A stretch of 64,000 bases of DNA from Candidatus Bruticola sp. (GCA_051874735.1 JBJEGD010000004.1:64001-128000); one strand, 5' to 3'. Counted from the stretch's first letter, positions 31,417-42,124 are shown. Notes: a model not told the origin generated them from the sequence alone. Numbers and translations are program-made.

Positions 31417-32591
31417 TGAAAGAAAATAGGGGAAATATTGTTTACAGAGTTGATATAAGTTACGACGGCACCGCTTTTTCAGGATTTCAAAGTCAAGCTA
31501 AAGCCAAAGAAATAGTTACTATACAAGATATTTTGGAAGAAAAACTGCGTTTTGTTTTTGCTGAACCTATTTCTATTAGGGTTGCCGGTCGTACTGATGC
31601 TGGTGTACATGCTTTAAGGCAGGTTTTTTCTTTTCGCACTGAGGTAAACCGCTCGGAAGAAGTTCTTTTTAAGGCTTTAAATTCGCTACTTCCGGATACA
31701 ATTAAAATTCTTAGCGTCAGCAAAGAGCCGACTTCATTTCATGCTCGTTTTACAGCTAGAGCTAGAACTTACGAATATCTCATTAAAGATGAATCCGATG
31801 TGGACCCTTTCTTTCGCGATCGTATTCTTTATGTTAAACAAAAACTAAATTTGGAAGCTATGCGCTCCGCTGCCCAATATTTAATAGGAAGTCATAATTT
31901 TGCTACTTTTGGCTCTCAAGTCCCTAAAGATGAACCTACTATTAGAAGAATGGAAAGTATTACGATTAGTGAGAGCCATGTTGAGGGCCCTGGACCTTTT
32001 GCGGGAATAGGTCATTTAGTTGTACTACGCATAGAAGCAAATGCTTTTTTGAGACGTATGGTGCGCATGATCTGTGGCTCTCTTATTAAAGTGGGTATTG
32101 GTCAATGGCCTCCCGTTAAAATAAAAGAAATTTTAGAGCAGGCCGATCCTAGGTGCTGTGCTCCTCCAGCCCATCCTGGCGGACTATATCTTAAATCTGT
32201 AACCTATGCGCAGGATCGCAGCCCTGTATTTAGAATTTTTGAACGGTTCTCACGCTTAGATGAGGTTATAGGAGGCTCTGTTATGGAAAACGAATTTGAA
32301 GCTAAACTGAGTGCCGCTGCGGACAAATTGGGCTTAGCCATGAAAGCTGCTCCTGAAGCTGAACGCGAAGTACTTAAAGGCATGTATGCAGATTATCAGC
32401 GTTTCGTAAAGGAGAGACCTGATGATAATTTAGATATATCTGCTCTTTTTGCTATGGGTATTATTAGTCATGCTGAGATTAAGAGTGAGGATATTATAGA
32501 AGCTGCTGTAGAATACATAGATACAGATCTGGAGTACTGCCGTTGGCGTCAGAAATCTACTACGAAAGCAGAAGAAAAGCCGGAAGCTTAG
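31416..32591 (+). CDS. truA: tRNA pseudouridine(38-40) synthase with an in-frame C-terminal extension
   Basis: YDGTAFSGFQ, AGRTDAGVHA, FLRRMVR, GLYL; about 125 extra residues after VTY. Confidence 0.95.
   Translation: MKENRGNIVYRVDISYDGTAFSGFQSQAKAKEIVTIQDILEEKLRFVFAEPISIRVAGRTDAGVHALRQVFSFRTEVNRSEEVLFKALNSLLPDTIKILSVSKEPTSFHARFTARARTYEYLIKDESDVDPFFRDRILYVKQKLNLEAMRSAAQYLIGSHNFATFGSQVPKDEPTIRRMESITISESHVEGPGPFAGIGHLVVLRIEANAFLRRMVRMICGSLIKVGIGQWPPVKIKEILEQADPRCCAPPAHPGGLYLKSVTYAQDRSPVFRIFERFSRLDEVIGGSVMENEFEAKLSAAADKLGLAMKAAPEAEREVLKGMYADYQRFVKERPDDNLDISALFAMGIISHAEIKSEDIIEAAVEYIDTDLEYCRWRQKSTTKAEEKPEA
32283..32591 (+). CDS. possible separately initiated 102-aa acidic helical protein in frame with truA
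   Basis: AGGAGG at 32270-32275, 7 nt before the ATG (MENEFEAKLSAAADK...). Confidence 0.5.
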   Translation: MENEFEAKLSAAADKLGLAMKAAPEAEREVLKGMYADYQRFVKERPDDNLDISALFAMGIISHAEIKSEDIIEAAVEYIDTDLEYCRWRQKSTTKAEEKPEA

Positions 32592-32635
32592 CACTTTTTT
32601 ATATGACATTTTTTTTTGTATAGATATTTACTTGT

Positions 32636-32670
32636 GGCTCGGGCAGATTGATTTGTTCGAGCCTATTTTT
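32636..32670 (+). terminator. intrinsic terminator after truA
   Basis: GGCTCGGGCAGA/TTTGTTCGAGCC stem plus T run. Confidence 0.7.
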
Positions 32671-32826
32671 AATAATAGCTAATGAAATAATAGTGGCTTG
32701 TCCGATACGGCTTTATTTAGCTCGTTGTGTAGTAACTTGCAGGTCTTAAAGCATAACAAGCTTATTACAGTTGTTGGCGGAACTTTATGCTTATAAAACT
32801 TCCGGCAAAGGAGATCTATTTTTTGT

Positions 32827-33915
32827 ATGCGTCAGAGCGGTGCTTTGCCTTGTCAGCTTATTGAAGAACTTATAACAAATAAGCGTATATTCAGTTCTTC
32901 GCCGGTACCTAAAGATAATGTTCAGCCGGCTAGTTTAGATTTGCGCTTAGGTCGCAGGTGTTGGCGCGTGGAAGCCGCTTTTTTACCTCGTCAGGGAGAA
33001 CCTGTATCTGAGCTGCTGCTCAATAATGCTTTGGAGGCCCTAGATTTAACGCGTCCTACCGTACTGCAAGAAGGTGCCACTTATGTGGCAGAAATCGAAG
33101 AAGGGTTTGAACTGCCTAATTCAGTTCATGCCTATGCTAACAATAAAAGTACTACTGGTCGCATGAATGTATGGACACGTATTTTAGCTGATGGAGTTTC
33201 TCGCTTTGACAAAATTCCCGTAGGCTATAAAGGACGCATCTATGCTATGATTACGCCGCGCTCTTGGTCTATACGCATTCATCAAGGATGTACGCTCAAT
33301 CAGATCCGCCTTATTTGCGGAGATAATCATTTGCTCGATTTTGAGTTGGAAATGCTGCATCAGGATGTAGGTCTAGTTTACGACAGTCAAGGTCAGCGCA
33401 GTGAAGCTTTAATTGATAACGGACTTTTGTTGACGGTAGATCTTAATCAGGATATTGTTGGTTACAGAGCTGTGAGCTGCCATGAACCTATAGATTTATG
33501 CAGCGGTCTTATGCAGAAGGGGAGCGACTATTTCGCTCCTATTAAAGCTAAAGATGGTGAAGTTTTACTAAAGCGTGGGGAATTTTACATTCTTTCCACC
33601 AGAGAATTTTTGCGTGTTCCTCCCGATTTAGCTGTAGAAATGGTCGCTTATGATATTCATTCCGGGGAATATCGTTCCCATTATGCTGGTTTTTTTGATC
33701 CTGGCTTCGGCTTTGGGGAAAACGGATTAATAAAAGGTACGCCGGCTGTATTAGAGTTAGATGTTCATGAAGATGTGCTTTTCCGTCATGCTCAGCCGAT
33801 ATGCAAGATGGCCTTTGAGTATCTTCTCAAAAGACCAGAAAAAATTTATGGATCAGGTTTAGGCTCTCATTATCAACAGCAGCGCGGTCCTCAGCTGGGA
33901 CGTCATTTTTGTTAG
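32827..33915 (+). CDS. dcd: 2'-deoxycytidine 5'-triphosphate deaminase (long two-domain DCD family)
   Basis: QPASLDLRLG, ANNKSTTGR, HYAGFFDPGFG, GTPAVLE, YQQQ; about 360 aa. Confidence 0.88.
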   Translation: MRQSGALPCQLIEELITNKRIFSSSPVPKDNVQPASLDLRLGRRCWRVEAAFLPRQGEPVSELLLNNALEALDLTRPTVLQEGATYVAEIEEGFELPNSVHAYANNKSTTGRMNVWTRILADGVSRFDKIPVGYKGRIYAMITPRSWSIRIHQGCTLNQIRLICGDNHLLDFELEMLHQDVGLVYDSQGQRSEALIDNGLLLTVDLNQDIVGYRAVSCHEPIDLCSGLMQKGSDYFAPIKAKDGEVLLKRGEFYILSTREFLRVPPDLAVEMVAYDIHSGEYRSHYAGFFDPGFGFGENGLIKGTPAVLELDVHEDVLFRHAQPICKMAFEYLLKRPEKIYGSGLGSHYQQQRGPQLGRHFC

Positions 33916-33927
33916 AGGAGTTGTATA

Positions 33928-35040
33928 GTGAGCTTTAATTGGCGCAATTTTGATTGGCCGCTGCTGGTTTCTGCTTTTTTATTAGTTCTGCTAGGATTGA
34001 GCAATATAGCCAGTGCTACGTTTTATAATGGAATTAGTGCGGAATTTCTGCGCCAAGTTTTCTGCTTTATTGTCGGCATCGGTGCTTTTGTTTTCTTTAC
34101 TTTTGCTGATATGAAAGTTTTTTTCCGCAATGGAAATTGGCTTTATGTTGCTATATTGGTGCTGCTTGTTTCGGTAATAATTTGCGGTGTCACCGTCAAT
34201 GGAGCTAAGCGCTGGATTGACGTCCCTCTTTTGGGCCGTTTTCAGCCCTCTGAAGTAGCTAAATTGCTATTAGTGCTCTGTATGAGCCGTTATCTGAGCG
34301 GAGCTGAAGATGGACGTCGCCCGCAAGATAAGCTCTCTTTGTTTGGCTTTGGCAAATTGTGTTTGCTTTTAGGATTCCCTGCACTGCTGATTATGGCCCA
34401 GCCTGATTTAGGTACAGCTATAGTCTTTTCTGCGGTAGGCGGTGCGATGATGTGGAGCGCCGGATATGATTGGCGCTGGTTTGTCATTTTAGCTTGTTTA
34501 GGATTGGCTATTTTGCCCCACGTTCTTCATGATTATCAAAGGCAGAGGATTATGGTTTTTTTAAACCCAGAAGCCGATCCTATGGGAGCAGGATGGAATA
34601 TTATTCAGGCCAAGATTGCTATCGGATCCGGAGGCGTGTGGGGTAAAGGTTGGATGGAAGGAACTCAAAACCGTCTGAATTTTGTGCCTGAACATCATAC
34701 CGATTTTATTTTTACGGTTATTGGTGAGGAAATGGGACTAGTTGGCGGTCTCTGCTTAATCCTTCTATTATTTTGTCTTATTATGCGTTCTTGGCAGCTA
34801 GCCGAAAAATCGGTTAATACTTATGACAGTTTTTTGGCGTTTGGTATCGGTACGTTGTTTTTTATTCACGCTGTAGGTAATCTCGGTATGACTAGCGGAA
34901 TTTTGCCAGTAGTAGGGATTCCTTTACCTTTTGTTAGTTATGGCGGTACCTCTCTGATCGTAAATATGGCAGCTTTAGGTTTACTGAATAATATTTACAG
35001 AAGAATGCCGTCAATGGAGTTTAGTCGCGTTCATCTTTAG
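33928..35040 (+). CDS. rodA: SEDS-family rod shape protein RodA
   Basis: GAKRWI, FQPSE, QPDLGT, GWNIIQAKIAIGSGG, PEHHTDFIF, PFVSYGG. Confidence 0.9.
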   Translation: MSFNWRNFDWPLLVSAFLLVLLGLSNIASATFYNGISAEFLRQVFCFIVGIGAFVFFTFADMKVFFRNGNWLYVAILVLLVSVIICGVTVNGAKRWIDVPLLGRFQPSEVAKLLLVLCMSRYLSGAEDGRRPQDKLSLFGFGKLCLLLGFPALLIMAQPDLGTAIVFSAVGGAMMWSAGYDWRWFVILACLGLAILPHVLHDYQRQRIMVFLNPEADPMGAGWNIIQAKIAIGSGGVWGKGWMEGTQNRLNFVPEHHTDFIFTVIGEEMGLVGGLCLILLLFCLIMRSWQLAEKSVNTYDSFLAFGIGTLFFIHAVGNLGMTSGILPVVGIPLPFVSYGGTSLIVNMAALGLLNNIYRRMPSMEFSRVHL

Positions 35041-35205
35041 TCTTGTCTGAGCATGATTCTTCATAAAATAAGCTCTTAATTGTGCAGGGAAGCTAGAAGG
35101 CAAATATAAGAATAGATTATCAGAATTGAATGCAGTTAATCTGTACCTATAAGTTATGGATCTATCCTGTTATTGTCTCTTTTTATTTTGAGAAAGGTAG
35201 CAAAT

Positions 35206-36858
35206 ATGCACGAAGAAATAAGAGCTCCCCGTGGCACGCAACTTACCTGCAAAGGTTGGCAGCAGGAAGCTGCTCTGCGCATGCTTATGAACAATTTGGA
35301 TCCTGAAGTTGCTGAAGATCCTCAGCATTTAGTGGTATATGGTGGCACTGGCAGGGCGGCCCGCAGCTGGGATTGTTTTGAACACATAGTTAAAGTTTTG
35401 AAGTCTTTAGAAAATGATGAAACTCTTCTTATTCAATCTGGTAAGCCTGTTGGGGTTCTGCGCACGCACCGGAGAGCTCCGCGTGTTTTAATCGCTAATT
35501 CTAATATAGTTCCCAACTGGGCTACTTGGGAAAATTTCCGCGAATATGAACGTTTAGGATTAACTATGTACGGTCAGATGACGGCTGGCTCTTGGATTTA
35601 CATAGGCGCACAAGGTATATTGCAGGGAACTTATGAAACTATTGCCGAGGCCGCTCGGCAGCATTTTGGGGGCTCTTTAGCCGGGCGTTTAGTTTTAACG
35701 GCTGGTTTGGGCGGTATGGGCGGAGCTCAACCTTTAGCGGTGACTCTTAACGGAGGAGTAGCCCTTTGCGCTGAAATTGACATGTCTAGAGCTCAGCGGC
35801 GTGTCGATCAAGGATACTGCGACTGTTTGACTGAAAATCTTGATGAAGCTTTGGCTTTAGTAAAAGAAGCTTTAGATAAAAAACAGGCCCTTTCTGTGGG
35901 AATCGTTCAGAATGCGGCTACAGTTTATACTGAACTTCTTAAACGAGGCATTATCCCTGACATTGTAACTGACCAGACTAGTGCCCACGATATGTTGGGC
36001 GGTTATGTCCCATGTCAAATTCCTTTTGCTGAGGCTGTTCGTTTGCGTACAGAGAACCCTCAAAAATATCAGGAATTAGCCTACGATACTGTGGTCATCC
36101 ATGTAAAAGCTATGTTGGAATTTCAAAAGCGAGGCAGCATAGTTTTTGACTATGGTAATAATATTCGCCATCAAGCCAAACTGCGCGGCGTAGAAAATGC
36201 GTTTGATTTTCCCGGATTTGTACCAGCCTTTATTAGGCCTCTCTTTTGTGAAGGCAAAGGGCCTTTCCGTTGGGCTGCTCTGAGTGGCGATCCTGCTGAT
36301 ATCGCTCGCACAGATCAGGCTGTTTTAGAAACTTTTCCCGAAGATCAGTCCTTAGCCCGCTGGATTAAGTATGCTGGGGAGAAAGTGCGTTATCAGGGAC
36401 TTCCCGCTAGAATTTGTTGGTTAGGCTATCGTCAAAGAGATAAAATGGGATTAGTTTTTAACGATTTAGTTGCTAAGGGTGAAATTAGTGCTCCTATCGT
36501 TATAGGACGCGATCACTTAGATTGCGGCTCAGTAGCTTCTCCCTACCGAGAGACTGAAGCTATGTTGGATGGTTCTGACGCTATTGCTGACTGGCCTATT
36601 CTTAATGCTTTAGTAAGTGCCTCTTCCGGAGCTTCTTGGGTATCTTATCATCATGGCGGAGGTGTGGGCATAGGTTACTCTCTCCATGCCGGTATGGTTT
36701 GTGTAGCTGATGGTACTAAAGAAGCTGCTGAAAGTTTGAGCTGTGTTTTGACTAACGATCCTGCTATGGGAGTTATTCGCCATGTTGACGCCGGCTATGC
36801 TAAAGCCGAACAAACTGCTATTGAGCGTGGTCTGAAGATCCCCATGCTTAACATGTAA
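35206..36858 (+). CDS. hutU: urocanate hydratase
   Basis: [39 protein letters not shown]. Confidence 0.98.
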   Translation: MHEEIRAPRGTQLTCKGWQQEAALRMLMNNLDPEVAEDPQHLVVYGGTGRAARSWDCFEHIVKVLKSLENDETLLIQSGKPVGVLRTHRRAPRVLIANSNIVPNWATWENFREYERLGLTMYGQMTAGSWIYIGAQGILQGTYETIAEAARQHFGGSLAGRLVLTAGLGGMGGAQPLAVTLNGGVALCAEIDMSRAQRRVDQGYCDCLTENLDEALALVKEALDKKQALSVGIVQNAATVYTELLKRGIIPDIVTDQTSAHDMLGGYVPCQIPFAEAVRLRTENPQKYQELAYDTVVIHVKAMLEFQKRGSIVFDYGNNIRHQAKLRGVENAFDFPGFVPAFIRPLFCEGKGPFRWAALSGDPADIARTDQAVLETFPEDQSLARWIKYAGEKVRYQGLPARICWLGYRQRDKMGLVFNDLVAKGEISAPIVIGRDHLDCGSVASPYRETEAMLDGSDAIADWPILNALVSASSGASWVSYHHGGGVGIGYSLHAGMVCVADGTKEAAESLSCVLTNDPAMGVIRHVDAGYAKAEQTAIERGLKIPMLNM

Positions 36859-36875
36859 AATATCGGGTAAGCTGT

Positions 36876-38321
36876 ATGTCTGTACTAAGTAATATTTTTT
36901 CTATTTTTAAACCTGCAGCCTCAATTGCTCCTCAGTATAAAAATGAAGACGATATGCGTCGTCAATACGGATATTGGCGCTTGCGTCAGCTTTATTCTAC
37001 TTTTGTAGGCTACGGAGTTTTCTATTTTGTACGCAAGAATATCTCTATAGCTATACCTTTGCTGGAAAGTTCTTTAGGTATAAGCAAAGCAGCTATAGGC
37101 ATGATTGTCAGCGTCTCCGATGTGGTTTACGGAGTTTCTAAGTTTGTTAATGGTTTTTTAGGCGATCGCTGTAATGCTCGTTATTTTATGGCCGTTGGTC
37201 TGCTTCTTTCTGCGTTGGCCAATTTTATGTTCGGCATGAGTAGTGCCGTCGGTGTTCTTTTAGTCGCTTGGGTGCTTAATGGCTGGTTTCAGGGAATGGG
37301 CTCACCGCCTTGCTCTAGGGTAATTTGCCATTGGTTCTCTTCAAAAGAACGTGGCACTTATTGGAGTATTTGGAATACTTCTCATCAAATCGGTCTTTCT
37401 TTAATTCTAATTATGGGCGGTTATTTGGGGGAGTATTACGGCTGGAGATACGTCTTTTGTGTACCTGCAGCCATAGCCGCTCTAACTTCATTGTTTTTGT
37501 TGGAGCGCATGCGCGATACTCCAGCATCTATGGGATTGCCCGATCCTGAAGTTTATACTAAAGAGAAGCCTTTTATACCCATAGCAGAAAATGCAGAAAA
37601 TGGGGCTGCAGATGGCGGGCAAACGGAGAGCCAGGTAATTGAAACGGAGGAAAATAAGCAGAGTAGCCAAGATTTTTTTCGTTTCTTATGTCGTCATGTT
37701 TTCAATAATCCGTATATTTGGGCTGTATGTTTAGCTAACTTTTTTATTTATATATTGAGGTATGGGTTTGTTACTTGGGGGCCTTCTTATCTGAGCGCTC
37801 GCGGAGTAGCTTTGAGTCATGCTGGCGTTACCATGGCCTTTTTTGAAATAGCCGGCATCGCTGGATCTTTACTGGCTGGTTGGATGACCGACCACTTCTT
37901 CAAAGGCAAGAGAGCTCCAGTATGTGCTTATTATACGATTGCCTCTTTAATCAGCATTTTCGTTTTTTGGAAGCTGCCTACTAACTCATCTGTTTTAGTT
38001 TACAGTCTCATGTTCGTAGTTACTGGATTTTTTATTTACGGACCTCAGTTGCTGGTTGCAGTTATGGCTACAGATTTTGCCACTAAAAAAGCCGCTGCCA
38101 CCGCTGTGGGCATGACTGGTTTATTCGGTTATCTCAGTAGTATAGTATCTGGTTGGGGAATGGGTAAAATTTTGGATGCTTACGGTTGGGATACCGCTTT
38201 TCAAATGCTTTTAGGCTGTGCCTTATTATCGGTTCTTCCTTTTATTTTTGCTTGGCGAGCTAAGCCTAACAATTTAGAGGAACTTGAAGCTGAGGACAGT
38301 TTGGCTGCAGAAAAAAAATAA
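36876..38321 (+). CDS. MFS transporter, organophosphate:Pi antiporter family (GlpT/UhpC/PgtP-like)
   Basis: YFVRKN, YGVSKF, NGWFQG, ERG...WNTSHQIG, IYGPQ, GLFGY. Confidence 0.9.
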   Translation: MSVLSNIFSIFKPAASIAPQYKNEDDMRRQYGYWRLRQLYSTFVGYGVFYFVRKNISIAIPLLESSLGISKAAIGMIVSVSDVVYGVSKFVNGFLGDRCNARYFMAVGLLLSALANFMFGMSSAVGVLLVAWVLNGWFQGMGSPPCSRVICHWFSSKERGTYWSIWNTSHQIGLSLILIMGGYLGEYYGWRYVFCVPAAIAALTSLFLLERMRDTPASMGLPDPEVYTKEKPFIPIAENAENGAADGGQTESQVIETEENKQSSQDFFRFLCRHVFNNPYIWAVCLANFFIYILRYGFVTWGPSYLSARGVALSHAGVTMAFFEIAGIAGSLLAGWMTDHFFKGKRAPVCAYYTIASLISIFVFWKLPTNSSVLVYSLMFVVTGFFIYGPQLLVAVMATDFATKKAAATAVGMTGLFGYLSSIVSGWGMGKILDAYGWDTAFQMLLGCALLSVLPFIFAWRAKPNNLEELEAEDSLAAEKK

Positions 38322-38329
38322 AATCTTGA

Positions 38330-38358
38330 TTGCAGATATATATTATATATGCTAAAAT
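38330..38358 (+). promoter_or_regulatory. sigma70-type promoter of rpsO
   Basis: TTGCAG-N17-TAAAAT with extended -10 TG. Confidence 0.65.
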
Positions 38359-38472
38359 AGCTTCCGGCTCTAGTCTTAGCTTTTAGGCGTACCTCAGCCT
38401 TTAGGCTCAGGCTGCAGCGGCTGATATGAGCGCACCCTGTATTAAGGGTTGTGTTGGAGGAAAGTTTTTATT

Positions 38473-38730
38473 ATGGAAAACAAGCAGGAAATCGTAACTA
38501 AGTACAGCACCCACGAGCATGATACTGGTTCTCCCGAAGTGCAGATTGCTCTTTTCACTAACCGCATTGTTCATCTCACTGAGCACTGCAAAGTTCACCC
38601 CAAAGATCATCACACTCGCCGTGGTTTGCTTATGTTAGTCGGACGCCGTAAGCGTTTGCTCAGCTACCTCAAGAAGGTAGATGTGGCCCGTTATCGTTCC
38701 TTGATTGAGCGCTTAGGTCTGCGTCGTTAG
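38473..38730 (+). CDS. rpsO: 30S ribosomal protein S15
   Basis: [30 protein letters not shown]. Confidence 0.99.
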   Translation: MENKQEIVTKYSTHEHDTGSPEVQIALFTNRIVHLTEHCKVHPKDHHTRRGLLMLVGRRKRLLSYLKKVDVARYRSLIERLGLRR

Positions 38731-39103
38731 TAAGCAAGTTTGTAAAAATATATTGCAGGTTTGTGAAATAGCCCGTTCCGTTTATGTTACTACTTGTGTA
38801 ACTGGGGGAGTGGGTTATTTTTTTATTGCGTCGAAAAGTAAGCCCGTGTATTTAAATAAAAATTTTTCTGCTTCTAATATCGGCTTATTTGGGCAGGGTT
38901 ATTGGGTTTATGAATGAAATCCTGGCAAGCTAAAGATCTTGTGTGTTTTGTACTGCTGCTGTTAAGTTGGCGTTCGTAAGTTGTTCGCATTATTAATGCA
39001 GTGCCCCAAAAAAGGCTCTTGACCATAGTCTTGCGTAGTTGTTTTTATAATTATTATTGCATTGTTCATTGTATAAAGAAGAGTCAAAGGAGAATCTCAT
39101 AGT

Positions 39104-42019
39104 ATGAGTAAACTGACAGATGTGCTTTCCAAAGTTGAGAAAGATAAACACGTCGTCGAATGTAGTGTAGGCGGCCGTAAGATCCGCTTTGAAACTGGTG
39201 AAGTCGCCAAACAGGCTGGTGGTGCTGTAGTAGTAAGCAGCGGTGAAACTGTCGTTCTGGTTACTGTTTGTGCTAGTCCCTCACCTAGAGAGGGAGTTGA
39301 TTTCTTCCCCTTAACCGTCGATTATGAAGAGAGAATGTATGCCGTCGGCAAGATCCCTGGTGGTTGGATTAAGCGTGAAAGTCGTCCCCCTGAAAGAGCT
39401 ATTTTAGTCTCTCGTGTTATAGATCGTCCTTGCCGTCCTCTTTTCCCCGAGGGGTTCCGCAACGATGTACATATAGTCGGTTTATGTACTTCTGTTGATA
39501 ATGAAAATAACCCTGATGTTTTAGCGTTATGTGGAGCCGGTGCCGCTCTGTCTTTGTCCGATATACCCTTTGACGGCCCTGTGGCTGGAGTGCGCGTGGG
39601 TTATATTAATGGTCAATTTGTCATTAACCCTACTGAAACTGAACTGAAAAGCAGCACTTTGAATCTTACTGTAGCTGGCACTGAGAACAATATAAATATG
39701 GTTGAGTGCGGCTGTCAGGAAGTCCCTGAATCACTTTTAGTTGAAGCTTTTGAAGTTGCGCATGAAGCTATTCGTACAATCATTGATTCTATTAAAAAAT
39801 TAGCTACAGAATGTGGTAAACCTAAGGGAGATTATCCTGTTTATACTCCTAGTGCTGAACTTGAAGTACTGATAAGAAAGTATCAGTTTGACGAAATAGC
39901 TAAGGCTATGCGTGTTATAGAAAAACATGCTCGCGAAGTTGCTTTCGATGCGGTCAATTTAGCTGCCCTTAAGTCTGCTATAGAAGCTGATAACGAGCTT
40001 AGTGCTGAAGACAAAGCATCTGCTTTGGAAATCTGTGAAGCTTCCAGTGCTGAGAAAGATTATGCGGCCATTTCCAAGCACATCAAGGAAGATGAGCTTA
40101 TGACCATGATTGTCGATGAAGGTATTCGCCCAGATGGCCGCAAGGTGACTGAAATTCGTCCTCTATGGGCTAAAGTTGGCGTTATGCCCCGTACTCACGG
40201 CTCTGGTATATTTACACGCGGTCAAACTCAGGTGCTCTCTGCCTGTACTTTGGGTACCCTTTCTGAAGCTCAAACTTTTGATAACGTGTTCGGTGAGACT
40301 ACTCGCCGCTATATGCATCATTATAATTTCCCGCCTTTCAGTGTGGGAGAAGCTAAAGCGATGCGTAGTCCCGGACGTCGAGAAATCGGTCATGGTGCTT
40401 TAGCTGAAAGGGCTTTGCTGCCTGTCTTGCCCAGTGTTGAGGAGTTCCCGTATGCTATTCGTGTGGTTAGCGATGTCTTAGAATCTAATGGATCTAGTTC
40501 TATGGCTTCCACTTGTGGCAGCACATTAGCTTTGCTCGATGCAGGTGTTCCTTTAAAAGCTCCCGTTGCTGGTATCGCTATGGGGTTAATCAAAAAAGGC
40601 GACAACTATGTTGTTCTGACAGATATACAAGGCATGGAAGATGCTTTCGGTGAGATGGACTTTAAGGTTACCGGTACTGCTGAAGGTGTTACGGCTTTGC
40701 AGATGGACATCAAAATGAAGGGTGTCACTATGGAGATCCTGAGCAAGGCTTTGGCCCAGGCTCGTGCTGCCCGCTTAGAAATTTTGGAAATGATCCACGA
40801 AGTTATTCCGGAGCACCGTGCCAGTCTTTCTCCTTATGCTCCTAAGATTGTCACCATGCAAGTGGCTCCTGAGCGTATTAAAGACGTCATTGGGCCGGGC
40901 GGCAAAGTCATTAACAAGATTATTGCTGAAACTGGTGCTAAAGTTGAAATCGAAAATGACGGCAAAGTTTTTGTGGCTGCTTCTAACAGCGAAGCTGCCG
41001 ATAAGGCTTGCAAGATGATCAACGATTTGGTTCGTGAAGTTCAAGTCGGCGAAGTTTATGACGGTGTTGTCGCCCGTTTAATGGACTTTGGAGCCTTCAT
41101 AGAAATCTTGCCTGGCCGTGAGGGACTGCTCCATGTTTCAAAAATAAAGCCTTTCCACGTCCGCAGTGTAGAAGATGTGCTTCACGTAGGTGATGAGGTT
41201 AAGGTCAAAGTTGAGGAAATTGACAATTTAGGACGTATTAACCTGACTCGCAAAGGGCTTTGGAGTGAGGAAGAATTAGTTCAAGCTAATGCTCCGGTAG
41301 AGGTTGACGTTCGCGTTGAACGTCGTCCTAGAGCCGTCCGCCCTGAGCGTGTAGAACGTGTCGAACGTCCTGAGCGTATAGAGCGCCCTGAGCGTGTAGA
41401 ACGTGTCGAACGTCCTGAGCGTATAGAACGTCCTGAGCGTGTGGAACGTATCGAACATCCTGAACGTATAGAGCGTGCTGAACGCCCCGAGCGTACGGAG
41501 CGCCCTGAACGTGTTGAGCGTGTCGAACGCCCTGAGCGTATAGAGCGTTTAGATCGTTCCGATCGCTTAGAACATCTTGAGCGTTTAGAGCGTATTGATA
41601 ATGCGGATCGTTATGAGCGTCCAGAAAGAGTTTCTAAACGTTCTCGTCGCGAGCCTGAACGGGCCGACAGAGCTGCTGCCAGAGTATTGAGGGAAGAGCG
41701 TTCAGTGGCTCCTCGCTACCAAGAAGATATTTATGAATCTAGAGTGGTGCCAACTCGTCGTCGTGAAGTGGCTATGCGTGAGCCCATAATGCGTGAACCT
41801 AGCTACGATGAGCCTATAGTGCCAACTCGCCGTCGTGAAGTAGGATTTAGCGAGCGTGCGGTCAGTCGCCGTCGTGAGCCTATGTATGATGAAGTTCCTC
41901 CTATGCGCCGCCGTGAGCCTATTGTGCGTGAGCCTGCTTACGATGAGCCTAGACAGGATTTGCATCCCGACAGTGACGTCCCTACTCGCCATCGTCGCCG
42001 TCGTCGCTCTGAAATGTAA
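39104..42019 (+). CDS. pnp: polyribonucleotide nucleotidyltransferase with a long C-terminal low-complexity tail
   Basis: DFFPLTVDYEE, RREIGHGALA, ESNGSSSMAS, DFKV, KH and S1 domains; tail of about 250 aa. Confidence 0.98.
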   Translation: MSKLTDVLSKVEKDKHVVECSVGGRKIRFETGEVAKQAGGAVVVSSGETVVLVTVCASPSPREGVDFFPLTVDYEERMYAVGKIPGGWIKRESRPPERAILVSRVIDRPCRPLFPEGFRNDVHIVGLCTSVDNENNPDVLALCGAGAALSLSDIPFDGPVAGVRVGYINGQFVINPTETELKSSTLNLTVAGTENNINMVECGCQEVPESLLVEAFEVAHEAIRTIIDSIKKLATECGKPKGDYPVYTPSAELEVLIRKYQFDEIAKAMRVIEKHAREVAFDAVNLAALKSAIEADNELSAEDKASALEICEASSAEKDYAAISKHIKEDELMTMIVDEGIRPDGRKVTEIRPLWAKVGVMPRTHGSGIFTRGQTQVLSACTLGTLSEAQTFDNVFGETTRRYMHHYNFPPFSVGEAKAMRSPGRREIGHGALAERALLPVLPSVEEFPYAIRVVSDVLESNGSSSMASTCGSTLALLDAGVPLKAPVAGIAMGLIKKGDNYVVLTDIQGMEDAFGEMDFKVTGTAEGVTALQMDIKMKGVTMEILSKALAQARAARLEILEMIHEVIPEHRASLSPYAPKIVTMQVAPERIKDVIGPGGKVINKIIAETGAKVEIENDGKVFVAASNSEAADKACKMINDLVREVQVGEVYDGVVARLMDFGAFIEILPGREGLLHVSKIKPFHVRSVEDVLHVGDEVKVKVEEIDNLGRINLTRKGLWSEEELVQANAPVEVDVRVERRPRAVRPERVERVERPERIERPERVERVERPERIERPERVERIEHPERIERAERPERTERPERVERVERPERIERLDRSDRLEHLERLERIDNADRYERPERVSKRSRREPERADRAAARVLREERSVAPRYQEDIYESRVVPTRRREVAMREPIMREPSYDEPIVPTRRREVGFSERAVSRRREPMYDEVPPMRRREPIVREPAYDEPRQDLHPDSDVPTRHRRRRRSEM
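41339..41548 (+). repeat. coding repeat (ER[PVI])n in the pnp tail
   Basis: RPERVERVERPERIE units, 9-nt micro-period within a ~45-nt unit. Confidence 0.85.
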
Positions 42020-42073
42020 AAAAGTCTGTCGGCCCTTTTTTTAATAAAATTAGAGTCGGCAGAACTGCGCTTT

Positions 42074-42124
42074 AATAATGAGGTCGAGTTCGCTTTATAT
42101 TCGAATTCGGCCTTATTATTTTTG
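42074..42124 (+). terminator. probable terminator after pnp
   Basis: AATAATGAGGTCGAGTTCG / CGAATTCGGCCTTATTATT stem plus T run. Confidence 0.6.
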
